64,000 nucleotides of DNA from positions 16,122-80,121 of the forward strand of contig CAKRSS010000003.1 of assembly GCA_934401725.1 (NCBI GenBank), read 5' to 3'. This DNA is from an uncultured Eubacteriales bacterium. Lineage in GTDB: Bacteria; Bacillota; Clostridia; Oscillospirales; CAG-272. This document shows, piece by piece, positions 38,626 through 47,076 of this stretch. Under the pieces are notes generated by a model. It did not search any database. It had not been told where the DNA came from and was given only the letters and a program-made list of their open reading frames with translations. The position numbers and the translations under genes are program-made. The stretch's first letter is position 1; each line of letters begins with the position of its first letter.

Positions 38626-39548
38626 TGTTTGTCGTTGATTCGCATTGCGACAGCATCCAGCGGGTCGACCGTGGGCTGCAAAAGCTGAAAAACCCCTACA
38701 ACATGAGCCGAAAGCACCTTCAGTGCCAGTTCGTCGCCATGTTCTGCTGCTGGCCGCGCGAAACGCCCGAGGAAAGCCACGCGCGGATGCTGCGCTATGC
38801 GCGGCTCTATGAGGAACAGCTGCACAAGCAGGCCGACCTTATCGTCGGCTGCCGGACAGGGCGCGAGGTCGGGGCGGCACTGGCGTCGGGCAAAAATGCC
38901 GTCGTCATGACGCTTGAGGGCGGCACGGGACTGCTCGGCAGCACCGAGGTGCTCGAGCATATGTACTCGCTCGGCGCACGCGTCTGCGGGCTGACGTGGT
39001 CGGACAACGACCTCGGAGCCTCAGACCGCGCCGACCCCGACACGGGGCTGACACCGCTCGGCATTGAAATGGCCAAAAAGTGCCTCGAGCTCGGCATGCT
39101 CATCGACGTCTCGCACCTGTCCGACCGCGGGTTTTACCAGCTGTGCGAGCTGTCCGACGCGCCGCTCGTTGCGACGCACTCCAACTTTCGCGGAGCCTGC
39201 CGTCACAGCCGCAACCTCAGCGACGAAATGGCGCTTGAGCTGCGACGGCGTGGCGGCATGATCGGGGCCTTCAATCTCTGCCGCAGCTTTCTGCGCGAGG
39301 ACGGCGACCCCGACACCGACGACATCCTCCGCATGACCGACTACGCCCTCTCGCTGCTCGGCGACGACTGCATCGGCTTCGGCTGCGACATCGACGGCAC
39401 GTCCGACAAATATCCCCGCGGCATCACCATGGAGCACAGCATCCACGACGACATAATCGAGCTGCTCGAGCGCCGCTACCCCGTCTCGACTGTCGAGCGG
39501 ATAGCAGGCGGCAACTGGCTCGATTTTATGAAGAAAAACTTAGTCTGA
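38625..39548 (+). CDS. Membrane dipeptidase (peptidase family M19)
   Basis: The sequence contains VVDSHCDS, IDVSHLSDRGF and ATHSNFRGACRHSRNLSDEM. The TAATG overlap with the upstream gene indicates translational coupling. Confidence 0.8.
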   Translation: MFVVDSHCDSIQRVDRGLQKLKNPYNMSRKHLQCQFVAMFCCWPRETPEESHARMLRYARLYEEQLHKQADLIVGCRTGREVGAALASGKNAVVMTLEGGTGLLGSTEVLEHMYSLGARVCGLTWSDNDLGASDRADPDTGLTPLGIEMAKKCLELGMLIDVSHLSDRGFYQLCELSDAPLVATHSNFRGACRHSRNLSDEMALELRRRGGMIGAFNLCRSFLREDGDPDTDDILRMTDYALSLLGDDCIGFGCDIDGTSDKYPRGITMEHSIHDDIIELLERRYPVSTVERIAGGNWLDFMKKNLV

Positions 39549-39566
39549 CGCAAAAAATCCGACGTT

Positions 39567-39735
39567 TTAAGGCTTCACCGCGTAATTTCGAGGGCGCAAT
39601 TGCGCAGTCAGATTTTTCGTCAGATGAAACAAAAATCCGCAGGCTGTAGCAGCGCTACAGCCAAGAATTTTTGTGAAATATGACGGAAAATGCCCGGCAA
39701 GTGTGCCGCTCGGGCATTACGCGGTGATGCCTTAA
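39567..39735 (-). repeat. Family-2 long (169-bp) structured palindromic element, copy L2 (inverted relative to L1)
   Basis: The reverse complement aligns end to end with 28750-28918. The terminal inverted repeats are the same. Confidence 0.9.
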
Positions 39736-39815
39736 AGCCCGACGTTCCGAAAAAAGTCTGACACGTCAAAGGTCAGACGTCAAAAACTTCGCTATGATTA
39801 CCGGAGGCAAAAAAT

Positions 39816-41711
39816 ATGAATCACCGCCACACCCTACGCGCGCCGCTGTCTGTCGCACTTGTGCTGCTGCTTGCACTGCTCATGTCGGTGCTGCTCGCGG
39901 CCTGCAACAACGGCACGTCCCCCGATACGCCCGACACACCACCTGACAGCTCAACTCCCTCCGACGTGGCAACGACGCGCATCGGTCCCTACGTCACTCT
40001 GTTCCGTGAAGGCTCGACCGACCACAAAATAATCTTTCCCTCGCGCACGTCTGACCCTGAATTCAACGGCTACATCGCCATGCAGAAGGCGTTTAAGGCC
40101 TGCGGCGTCACCATCGTGGGCGAGCGCGACAGCGTCGAGGAGTCGGAATACGAAATTCTTATCGGCGAGACCTCGCGCAAGGAAAGCCAAGAGGCCCTTC
40201 GCGGTCTGCGCGACGGAGACTACGTCGTGCGCTTCGTCGGCGAGAAGCTTGTCATCGTCGGCGGCTCGCCTGCCGCGACGTATGCGGCGGTCAGGCAGTT
40301 CGTCGAGGAGTACATTCCGGATGACACAAAGATACTCGAGATATCCGGCAACACGGAGATCTCGCACACCGAGGAGTACCCCGTCATGTCCATGACCATA
40401 AACGGCGTCGATATAAGCGAATTTTCCATCGTCACGCCCTACCCCGCCACGCGGCGCGACAAGTACGCCGTCGAGCTGCTGACCGACGCCATCGCGTCCC
40501 TGACCGGCTACACGCTCGACTCGTATGACGACCGCAAAGACGCCCGCGAGCACGAAATAATCCTCGGACAGACCACGCGCCAAAATATCACGCTCGGCGA
40601 CGACGAGTACGCCGTCTTCTTCAGTGACGGTAATCTCAATATAACCGGAGGCTCGGGAGCGCTTATGAAGGCACTGGTCAATTTCATCGCGGAAAACCTG
40701 ACCGCAGGCAAGACCGGCGAAATGGCGCTCGAGATCACGTCTGACCAGGCACCCAAGTCCGCCGCAGTCACCTATCCCCCCGACGCGACGCTTGACGGCC
40801 GCCAGCTGGTCGCGCTGTGCGACCAGAAGAACGCCTCGCTCGTCATGGTCGACCTCGGCGCTGCCGATCCGACCTCGAAGGACGCCATCGTCTGGACGTG
40901 GAAGCCCACCGTAGCGCTCGGCTACACCGTATCCAAGGCCTACGGCAACCGCATTGACGAGGCAATTCTGCGTTACAGCGATCTGTACGGAACCTACGTC
41001 GTATGTATCACGTCGTCGTCGGGCTACATGTGCGTGGCGGAGTATCCCTCGGGCAAGTGCCTGTGGGAGGCGACCGCGTCCGGCTACGGTCCGCACTCGA
41101 TAGACTACCTGCCGAACGGCAATGTAGCCGTCGTTTGCAGCGGCAACTCCGACTATAACAAGGGCTGCGTCCGCATCTACACCGCGTCTGCCGGCAAAAG
41201 CTCAACCCGCAACGTCTCAAAGACCGTCTACGGCGCGCACGGCGTGCTGTGGGACGACGACTATCAGGTGCTGTGGGTGCTCGGCGACAACACGCTGTGC
41301 GCCTTCCGCATCGGCGGCACGGCAAAAGATCCCACGCTCACCGAGGTAACCTCGCTCTGCACCCACAGCGGCATCTCTGGCGGTCACAACCTCTCGGTCA
41401 TGGCCTCCGACCCCGACATGCTGTGGATAACGGGAAGCAAGGTGTGGACACTTAAAAAGTCGTCCGGCACGCTGACAACCAGCGTCCCCGGGGAGTCGGT
41501 CATCACCACCTCATCCGTCAAATCGCACGACAGCTATGCGGACGGAACCATCATTCAGTCCGTCGCAACCAACGTCTACGCCGCGCACGACACCGACACG
41601 CTGCGCGTCTACCGCACCGCGGACGGCGGCAAGGCCTATGTCCGCACCGACTACGTCTTCCCAAACCGCGCCTTCTACAAGGCCCGCCGGGTTGCGGCAC
41701 CGTACACTTAA
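39816..41711 (+). CDS. Large lipoprotein with two copies of the shared N-terminal module and a C-terminal beta-propeller-like domain
   Basis: The lipobox is LAAC. The first module copy is EYEILIGETSRKESQEALRGLRDGDYVVRFVGEKLVIVGGSPAATYAAVRQFVEEYI. The second copy is around EHEIILGQTTRQ...NLNITGGSGALMKALVNFIAENL. The C-terminus has GPHSIDYLPNGNVAVVCSG and AHGVLWDDD. Confidence 0.6.
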   Translation: MNHRHTLRAPLSVALVLLLALLMSVLLAACNNGTSPDTPDTPPDSSTPSDVATTRIGPYVTLFREGSTDHKIIFPSRTSDPEFNGYIAMQKAFKACGVTIVGERDSVEESEYEILIGETSRKESQEALRGLRDGDYVVRFVGEKLVIVGGSPAATYAAVRQFVEEYIPDDTKILEISGNTEISHTEEYPVMSMTINGVDISEFSIVTPYPATRRDKYAVELLTDAIASLTGYTLDSYDDRKDAREHEIILGQTTRQNITLGDDEYAVFFSDGNLNITGGSGALMKALVNFIAENLTAGKTGEMALEITSDQAPKSAAVTYPPDATLDGRQLVALCDQKNASLVMVDLGAADPTSKDAIVWTWKPTVALGYTVSKAYGNRIDEAILRYSDLYGTYVVCITSSSGYMCVAEYPSGKCLWEATASGYGPHSIDYLPNGNVAVVCSGNSDYNKGCVRIYTASAGKSSTRNVSKTVYGAHGVLWDDDYQVLWVLGDNTLCAFRIGGTAKDPTLTEVTSLCTHSGISGGHNLSVMASDPDMLWITGSKVWTLKKSSGTLTTSVPGESVITTSSVKSHDSYADGTIIQSVATNVYAAHDTDTLRVYRTADGGKAYVRTDYVFPNRAFYKARRVAAPYT

Positions 41712-41763
41712 ACCGGCTGAACAATCCGGCAACTCAATAGCTCAATATCCAAAGGCTCCGCCT

Positions 41764-41789
41764 CGTGCGGAGCCTTTTTGGTCGTCGCC
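41764..41789 (+). terminator. Rho-independent terminator
   Basis: The hairpin ggctccgcctcgtgcggagcc is followed by TTTTT. Confidence 0.8.
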
Positions 41790-41920
41790 ACGCGGGCGCA
41801 CCGTCAAAATCGTGCGGCGGCGGCTTTTTTACTGACACAAATCCGTCAGGCGTCGGCGTAGCGGCGCTGGTATAATCGTTGCCGGGATAACAAAAGCGCA
41901 CTTTCGTGAAAGGTAATCAT

Positions 41921-44365
41921 ATGAAGCTTTTAATCAACAATTACGCAATAACGCCTAACAAATTCATCGCCGGAACGCGCGGAAGCTACGGCATCGAGCC
42001 CATCGAGCTCGAGTTCAGCGAGGAGTGGGACGGTCTTTCGGTGACCGTCAGCTTTTATCCCGCGTCCGGAGATCCCGTCAGCCTGCTGTACACCGGACAG
42101 CATTTCTACATTCCGGCCGAGGTCATGAACGTCAGCGGAACCTGCAAGTACGTCGTAAGCGGCTACCGCGACGAAAAGAGGCTCATCAGCGCGGAGGGCA
42201 TTCTGCGCGTCATAAACACGAGCACACCGACCGATAACCCCGCCATCGAGCCCACGCCCGACCTCTTCTCGCAGATAATGACCGCCATCGGTAACGTGTC
42301 CGACATTGCCGAGAGCCGCCCGAAGAGCTACGCGCCCATGACGGGCAACTGCCCCGGCCTCACCGTCGGCGAGGCGAACAGCCTGACGGGCGAGAGCGTA
42401 GCCTCGCGCGAGACACTGCTCTCGGAGTCGCCCGTTGCGGGCGGCTCGGCTCCGGTCGCGCTCTACGCGGGCAAGCTGCACACCGCCGACGGCATGACCG
42501 TCTACCAGCAGCTCGAGAACGGCAACTTCGTCGACTCCTCCGAGTGGACGACCACCGGCGCTTCCCTCGACTGCGAGAATTACACCGCCGCCGTCACGCT
42601 CGACGCCGCCGCGGGACGCAACGCCGGGCGCACCGTCTCGGCCAACCTCTCGCTGAGCGCCGGCACGCCCTACACCTACCCCGAGTCCGACATACTGACG
42701 CGCTACGAGGTCACAAGCTCGACGCCGACCGTGGCCACCGTCTCGCCGAACGGCAATTCTCTTGTCATTACGCCGCTCTCAAAGGGCATGACAACGCTGC
42801 ATTTCGTCCCGCTCGAGGGCGTGTACACCGCACCGGAGTTCACACTGCTCGTGTCCGTCAACGGCGCTACCCCCGCCCAGACCTCGACGCCCTTCCCCGG
42901 CATATACAGCGCCGCCCTGCCCATCAAGGCCATGACACCCTACTTTTTCACCGCGCAGATCAAAGCGCCCAAGGGCATGGCGCTGAACGTCAAGCTCGGA
43001 ACGCTGCGCAGCGTGGCAACCGCCGTCCAGACGACCGGCGAGTGGCAGAATTTCAGCGCCACCATGTCGGTCGCGAGCGAGCAGACCGCGCCGCTTGCCA
43101 TATACGACGGACGCAAGGTGACGGCCAGTTGCACTGTCACCGGCGGCTACTATTCTTACGCCCGCATGACAGATCCGGCGCGTCTGCTGGCCGTGGCGTC
43201 GCCGCGTGAGGCCGGAACTACCGTTCTGACCTTCACGCGCGGCGAGTCGGGCTGGACGCTTGCCTACCCCGGCGGTCAGACGCTTGAAATAAGCCCCGAG
43301 ATGTGCGGTCTCACGTTGCTCACCGCCGCAAATCCGACCGGCAGTCTGGTCGGCAGCGTGGTAAAGGCATCAGTTGTCAACCCGTTCAGCGTCGACGCCG
43401 AGGCCAGCGTGCTGGTATCGTCAAACTCGGGCATGGCGATGGTGTCCGTCGACGCGTGCGCGTTCGCAGGCGGCATCGAGGGCGTGGAATCCGGAACCTA
43501 CACGCTGAGGTACGTCTCCGGTGCGTGGCGTTTTCAGGGACGCCCCGTGCTCCCCGGCATAATGGGCATAACCTACACGCCGGACGGCGACCCGCAGGAG
43601 GGCGCGACGATAAAAGTCACGCTGACCGTCACCCCCGAGAAGTTTTATCTGCGCAACGTTCAGCTCGGTCGGCTCGACACCGTCGGGCTGTCGGACAAGA
43701 CAAACGACGCGCTGACGCTGATATACGGCTCCTCCTACCACCACCCCGGCATCTCGCACGCAAGCGTCGCGGGCATACGCTGTCTCGACACCGACGGCGA
43801 GGTCGTCGACGGCGGCATGTATTTTGACGAGCCGATCACGCTGCGCCGTATGCCCGACGGCACGGCGGACACGCTCGACCTCGAGTCGGGCAAGCTCATC
43901 CGTCGCGTCGGCGTTCAGATCGTCACGGGGCAGACGGGCGACTTTTTCACGCTGAAGGGGGCGGCGTCAAAGTCGGCTGTACTGTCCGAATACGAGGTAC
44001 AGGGCGAGAGCATAGGCGCCGTCAGCGGCGGCGTTCTGCGGCTGTCCCGCGCGCTCAACGGCACTGAGGTGTTCTACATTCTTTCGACGCCGCAGGAGAG
44101 CGACATCTCGCTGTCCGACACCTTCCGCGTCTGCCCCGGCGGCACAGAGCAGCTCGTGACGCGCGAGGACGACAAATACGTCCCGGCTCCCGTCGGCGTG
44201 CCGGTAAAGCTCAGCTATTCTCTCGACGTGTGGCACCAGTGTCGCTCGGACAGCGACAAAATCACGGCTCTGCTTGTCGCGCTGGGGCTCGCGACCTCGT
44301 CCGACAGCACGATAACAGCGCTCGCCGCTCAAATATCAGCGGCAATTTCGGCGCTTCAGGCTTGA
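41921..44365 (+). CDS. Large protein without a signal peptide, resembling a phage tail-fibre / receptor-binding protein (Ig-like N-terminus, Big_2-like domain, CBM-like domain)
   Basis: The N-terminal pattern resembles baseplate/tail-fibre Ig domains (GIEPIELEFSEEWDGLSVTVSFY...GTCKYVVSGY). A Big_2-like stretch is present (VTSSTPTVATVSPNGNSLVITPLSKGMTTLHF). The segment ENGNFVDSSEWTTTG...GEWQNFSATM is CBM-like. The C-terminus is alanine-rich and helical. Confidence 0.4.
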   Translation: MKLLINNYAITPNKFIAGTRGSYGIEPIELEFSEEWDGLSVTVSFYPASGDPVSLLYTGQHFYIPAEVMNVSGTCKYVVSGYRDEKRLISAEGILRVINTSTPTDNPAIEPTPDLFSQIMTAIGNVSDIAESRPKSYAPMTGNCPGLTVGEANSLTGESVASRETLLSESPVAGGSAPVALYAGKLHTADGMTVYQQLENGNFVDSSEWTTTGASLDCENYTAAVTLDAAAGRNAGRTVSANLSLSAGTPYTYPESDILTRYEVTSSTPTVATVSPNGNSLVITPLSKGMTTLHFVPLEGVYTAPEFTLLVSVNGATPAQTSTPFPGIYSAALPIKAMTPYFFTAQIKAPKGMALNVKLGTLRSVATAVQTTGEWQNFSATMSVASEQTAPLAIYDGRKVTASCTVTGGYYSYARMTDPARLLAVASPREAGTTVLTFTRGESGWTLAYPGGQTLEISPEMCGLTLLTAANPTGSLVGSVVKASVVNPFSVDAEASVLVSSNSGMAMVSVDACAFAGGIEGVESGTYTLRYVSGAWRFQGRPVLPGIMGITYTPDGDPQEGATIKVTLTVTPEKFYLRNVQLGRLDTVGLSDKTNDALTLIYGSSYHHPGISHASVAGIRCLDTDGEVVDGGMYFDEPITLRRMPDGTADTLDLESGKLIRRVGVQIVTGQTGDFFTLKGAASKSAVLSEYEVQGESIGAVSGGVLRLSRALNGTEVFYILSTPQESDISLSDTFRVCPGGTEQLVTREDDKYVPAPVGVPVKLSYSLDVWHQCRSDSDKITALLVALGLATSSDSTITALAAQISAAISALQA

Positions 44366-44390
44366 TTTTCCGGCGGCGGGGTGGTATAAT
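44362..44390 (+). promoter_or_regulatory. Sigma-70-type promoter upstream of the sugar phosphate isomerase gene
   Basis: TTGATT (44362-44367) is followed by a 17-nt spacer and then TATAAT (44385-44390), preceded by an extended TG. Confidence 0.6.
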
Positions 44391-44432
44391 TAGGCGAAGA
44401 AATATATCAACAAAGGTGAGAAAGGTGATAAA

Positions 44433-45245
44433 ATGAGAAGAATCGGAATAATATACCGCCCTGTCAAGGGCATGGAGGACAAGGAGTCCGCCGCGATGAT
44501 CCGCAGGCTCGGTTTTGAGGGCGTTTTCACCGGCTACCCCAGCGCGGAACGCGCACGCAGCTTTGCCGAAACGTTCGCCGCGACCGGCCTCGCCTACGAG
44601 AGCATTCACGCCCCGTTTAAGGGCATCAACGACATCTGGTCTCCCGACGAGTGCGGCGACGTCATGCTGAACCAGCTCATCGACTGCACCCGCACGTGCG
44701 CCGAGCTCAAGGTGCCGGTCGTGGTCGTGCACCTGAGCAGCCGCAACGACGCGCCCTGCGTCAACGACGTCGGCCACGCGCGCTGGGATAAGCTTATCGA
44801 CACGGCGGTGAAATACGGCGTCAACGTAGCATTTGAGAACCAGCGCAAATTGGCAAATCTCGCCTTCGTGATGGAGCTTTACCGCAAGGTTCCGAACGTC
44901 GGCTTCTGCTGGGACTGCGGCCACGAGCTGTGCTACACGCCCAACGTCGAGTACATGAAGCTGTTCGGCAACCGCCTGATGTACACCCACATACACGACA
45001 ACCTCGGCATCGTCAACGGCACGCTCGAGGAGCCGGACGGCGACGATCTGCACCTGCTCCCCTTCGACGGCAGGATGGACTACAACCACTTCGCCGAACT
45101 CATCAAGGCCTCCGGTTTTGCCGGCACGCTCACGCTTGAAGTCTGCAAATACGACCGTCCCGACTATGCGGCGAAATACTCTCCCGAGGAGTTTTTCGTC
45201 GAGGCCGCAAGGCGCGCGCGCCGAGTCGCCGAGCTGTGCGAATAA
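44433..45245 (+). CDS. Sugar phosphate isomerase/epimerase (xylose isomerase-like TIM barrel)
   Basis: Metal-ligand motifs are present (VVVHL, AFENQ, WDCGHE, HIHDN, TLEV). Confidence 0.8.
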   Translation: MRRIGIIYRPVKGMEDKESAAMIRRLGFEGVFTGYPSAERARSFAETFAATGLAYESIHAPFKGINDIWSPDECGDVMLNQLIDCTRTCAELKVPVVVVHLSSRNDAPCVNDVGHARWDKLIDTAVKYGVNVAFENQRKLANLAFVMELYRKVPNVGFCWDCGHELCYTPNVEYMKLFGNRLMYTHIHDNLGIVNGTLEEPDGDDLHLLPFDGRMDYNHFAELIKASGFAGTLTLEVCKYDRPDYAAKYSPEEFFVEAARRARRVAELCE

Positions 45246-45270
45246 GCACACCCGCAAACAAATTTTCCAA

Positions 45271-45301
45271 AGCACTGCAACCCCGGTTGCAGTGCTTTTT
45301 T
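45271..45301 (+). terminator. Rho-independent terminator
   Basis: The hairpin agcactgcaaccccggttgcagtgct is followed by TTTTTT. Confidence 0.85.
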
Positions 45302-45405
45302 ATCGTCCGCACCGTTCGACACGTTTCCCACAACGTGCTCATATACTGAGCGTAGGGCACCGCGCCGCTGCGCTCTGCCCTAAAACTTACGAATGGATAT
45401 TGATT

Positions 45406-46203
45406 ATGGAACATACTGTATTTATGGCTCTCGTTGCCACGCTCGGGACGTGGCTCGTCACGGCACTCGGCGCGGCCACGGTGATAATCTTCCACAACCC
45501 CGGCAAGCGGCTGATGAACCTCATGCTCGGCTTTTCGGCCGGGGTGATGGTCGCGGCGTCGTTCTGGTCGCTGCTTCAACCGGCGGTTGAGGGGGCGCAG
45601 GCCGAGCTTGACTCACCCGCGTGGCTTGTCGTCACAACGGGCTTTGTCGTCGGTGCGATGTTCATGTGGGGGTCGGACAAAATCGTCACCTTCGCCCGCC
45701 GACGCGTCGATGCGGCGGGTGAGCGGCGCAGCCTCAACCGCGTGATAATGCTGGTGCTCTCTATAACGCTGCACAACATTCCCGAGGGACTCGCCGTCGG
45801 CGTTGCGTTCGGCGCGTTGCACTCCGGCGGAATGACGCCCGAGGCGCTTGCCGGGGCCGTCACCGTCGCGGTCGGCATCGGACTGCAAAACTTCCCGGAG
45901 GGCGCCGCCGTCTCGCTGCCGCTGAGACGCGAGGGATATTCGCGCTGGCGCAGCTTTCTCGTCGGGCAGAGCTCGGGCTTGGTCGAGCCGATAGCAGGCG
46001 TCATCGGGGCTGCGAGCGTGGTGTACATCGGCGCACTGCTGCCCTATGCGCTGTCGTTCGCCGCGGGTGCGATGGTGCTTGTGGCCGTCCACGAGCTGAT
46101 CCCTGAGTGCCAGCGCAACCAGGCTGATAACCCCTACCTCGCCACCATGGGCATCGTCGCCGGGTTCGCGACTATGATGCTGCTTGACGTCGCGCTCGGA
46201 TAA
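45406..46203 (+). CDS. ZIP family metal (zinc) transporter
   Basis: There are about 8 TM helices, with the ZIP signature ITLHNIPEGLAVGVAF and GLQNFPEGAAVSLPL. The ATG at 45406 is chosen; the ORF-track start at 45118 overlaps the upstream gene and its terminator. Confidence 0.85.
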   Translation: MEHTVFMALVATLGTWLVTALGAATVIIFHNPGKRLMNLMLGFSAGVMVAASFWSLLQPAVEGAQAELDSPAWLVVTTGFVVGAMFMWGSDKIVTFARRRVDAAGERRSLNRVIMLVLSITLHNIPEGLAVGVAFGALHSGGMTPEALAGAVTVAVGIGLQNFPEGAAVSLPLRREGYSRWRSFLVGQSSGLVEPIAGVIGAASVVYIGALLPYALSFAAGAMVLVAVHELIPECQRNQADNPYLATMGIVAGFATMMLLDVALG

Positions 46204-46239
46204 TTTGGGAATATATTCTCACAAATCGGCAACTGACTG

Positions 46240-46268
46240 TTGACAATTAACGCAATGTGTGTTATAAT
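46240..46268 (+). promoter_or_regulatory. Consensus sigma-70 promoter (TTGACA-17-TATAAT)
   Basis: TTGACA lies at 46240-46245 and TATAAT at 46263-46268, with exactly 17 nt between them. The promoter is upstream of the metallophosphoesterase-glmM pair. Confidence 0.75.
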
Positions 46269-46295
46269 GAGGAACATCTTGCCAAGGAAGAAAAA

Positions 46296-47066
46296 ATGAA
46301 ATCAAAGACCGTACTCACAGAATATACCGTCGGCTCCGGCCCGCGCACACTGCGCGCCGCCGTGGCCTCCGACCTGCACAATTCGTCCTATGACGACGTC
46401 ATCGGGCTGATAAAATCCGCCCACCCCGACGTCATATTCGCCCCCGGCGACACGCTCGGCGCGCTTTGCGCCGAAACCGTCCCCGGCGGCGAGCTGACCG
46501 GGCGCTACCTCGCCGAGGCGGCCGACAATGACATCGGGCTGTCGTTTCTGCGCGAGGTCGCCGCGATTGCGCCGACATATTGCTCGGTCGGCAACCACGA
46601 GGTGTCGGTGTCGGAGGAAAACCGACGCCGCATTGCCGAAACCGGCGCGCTGTTGCTTGACGACAGCTGCGTCTGTCTCGGCGGGCTGACACTCGGTGGG
46701 CTCTCGACCGGCGGGGCGCACGGCCTGTTTCACAAAAGCAATCCGCCCGACCTCGCGTGGCTCAACCACTTCGCCGCACTCGGCGGCCGGAAGATACTGC
46801 TCTGCCACCACCCCGAATATTGGGAACGGCATATCCTCGGTCACGACATATTTCTCACCGTCGCGGGTCACGCCCACGGCGGGCAGTGGCGCGCCTTCGG
46901 ACGCGGACTTCTCGCCCCCGGTCAGGGTCTGTTCCCACGCTACACCTCGGGCGTACACGAGCGGGGCGGGCAGTATCTCGTGGTCAGCCGCGGCCTGCGC
47001 AAGGAGTGCGGCATCCCGCGCATAAACAACCCGCCTGAAATCGTAATAATCAATATCAACTACTAA
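46296..47066 (+). CDS. Metallophosphoesterase
   Basis: The sequence contains SDLHN, GDT, GNHE and GHAHGGQ. An AAGGAAG RBS lies before the ATG at 46296. Confidence 0.8.
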   Translation: MKSKTVLTEYTVGSGPRTLRAAVASDLHNSSYDDVIGLIKSAHPDVIFAPGDTLGALCAETVPGGELTGRYLAEAADNDIGLSFLREVAAIAPTYCSVGNHEVSVSEENRRRIAETGALLLDDSCVCLGGLTLGGLSTGGAHGLFHKSNPPDLAWLNHFAALGGRKILLCHHPEYWERHILGHDIFLTVAGHAHGGQWRAFGRGLLAPGQGLFPRYTSGVHERGGQYLVVSRGLRKECGIPRINNPPEIVIININY

Positions 47067-47076
47067 GGAGACTGAA

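Noticed and set aside
28750-39735. Calling the bracketed 10.8-kb block a composite transposon or genomic island.
   Set aside because: - There is no transposase, integrase or recombinase gene, and no tRNA attachment site.
- There is no obvious compositional break and no verified target-site duplication.
- Only the inverted-repeat geometry is reported as a finding.
41921-44365. A prophage or a diversity-generating retroelement around the tail-fibre-like gene.
   Set aside because: - No reverse transcriptase or template/variable repeat pair is present.
- No capsid, terminase, portal, tape-measure, integrase or lysis genes lie within 10 kb on either side.
45246-45405. A Zur box or riboswitch upstream of the ZIP transporter gene.
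   Set aside because: - No palindrome resembling a Fur-family box and no conserved riboswitch core could be identified by eye.
- The region contains only the upstream gene's terminator.
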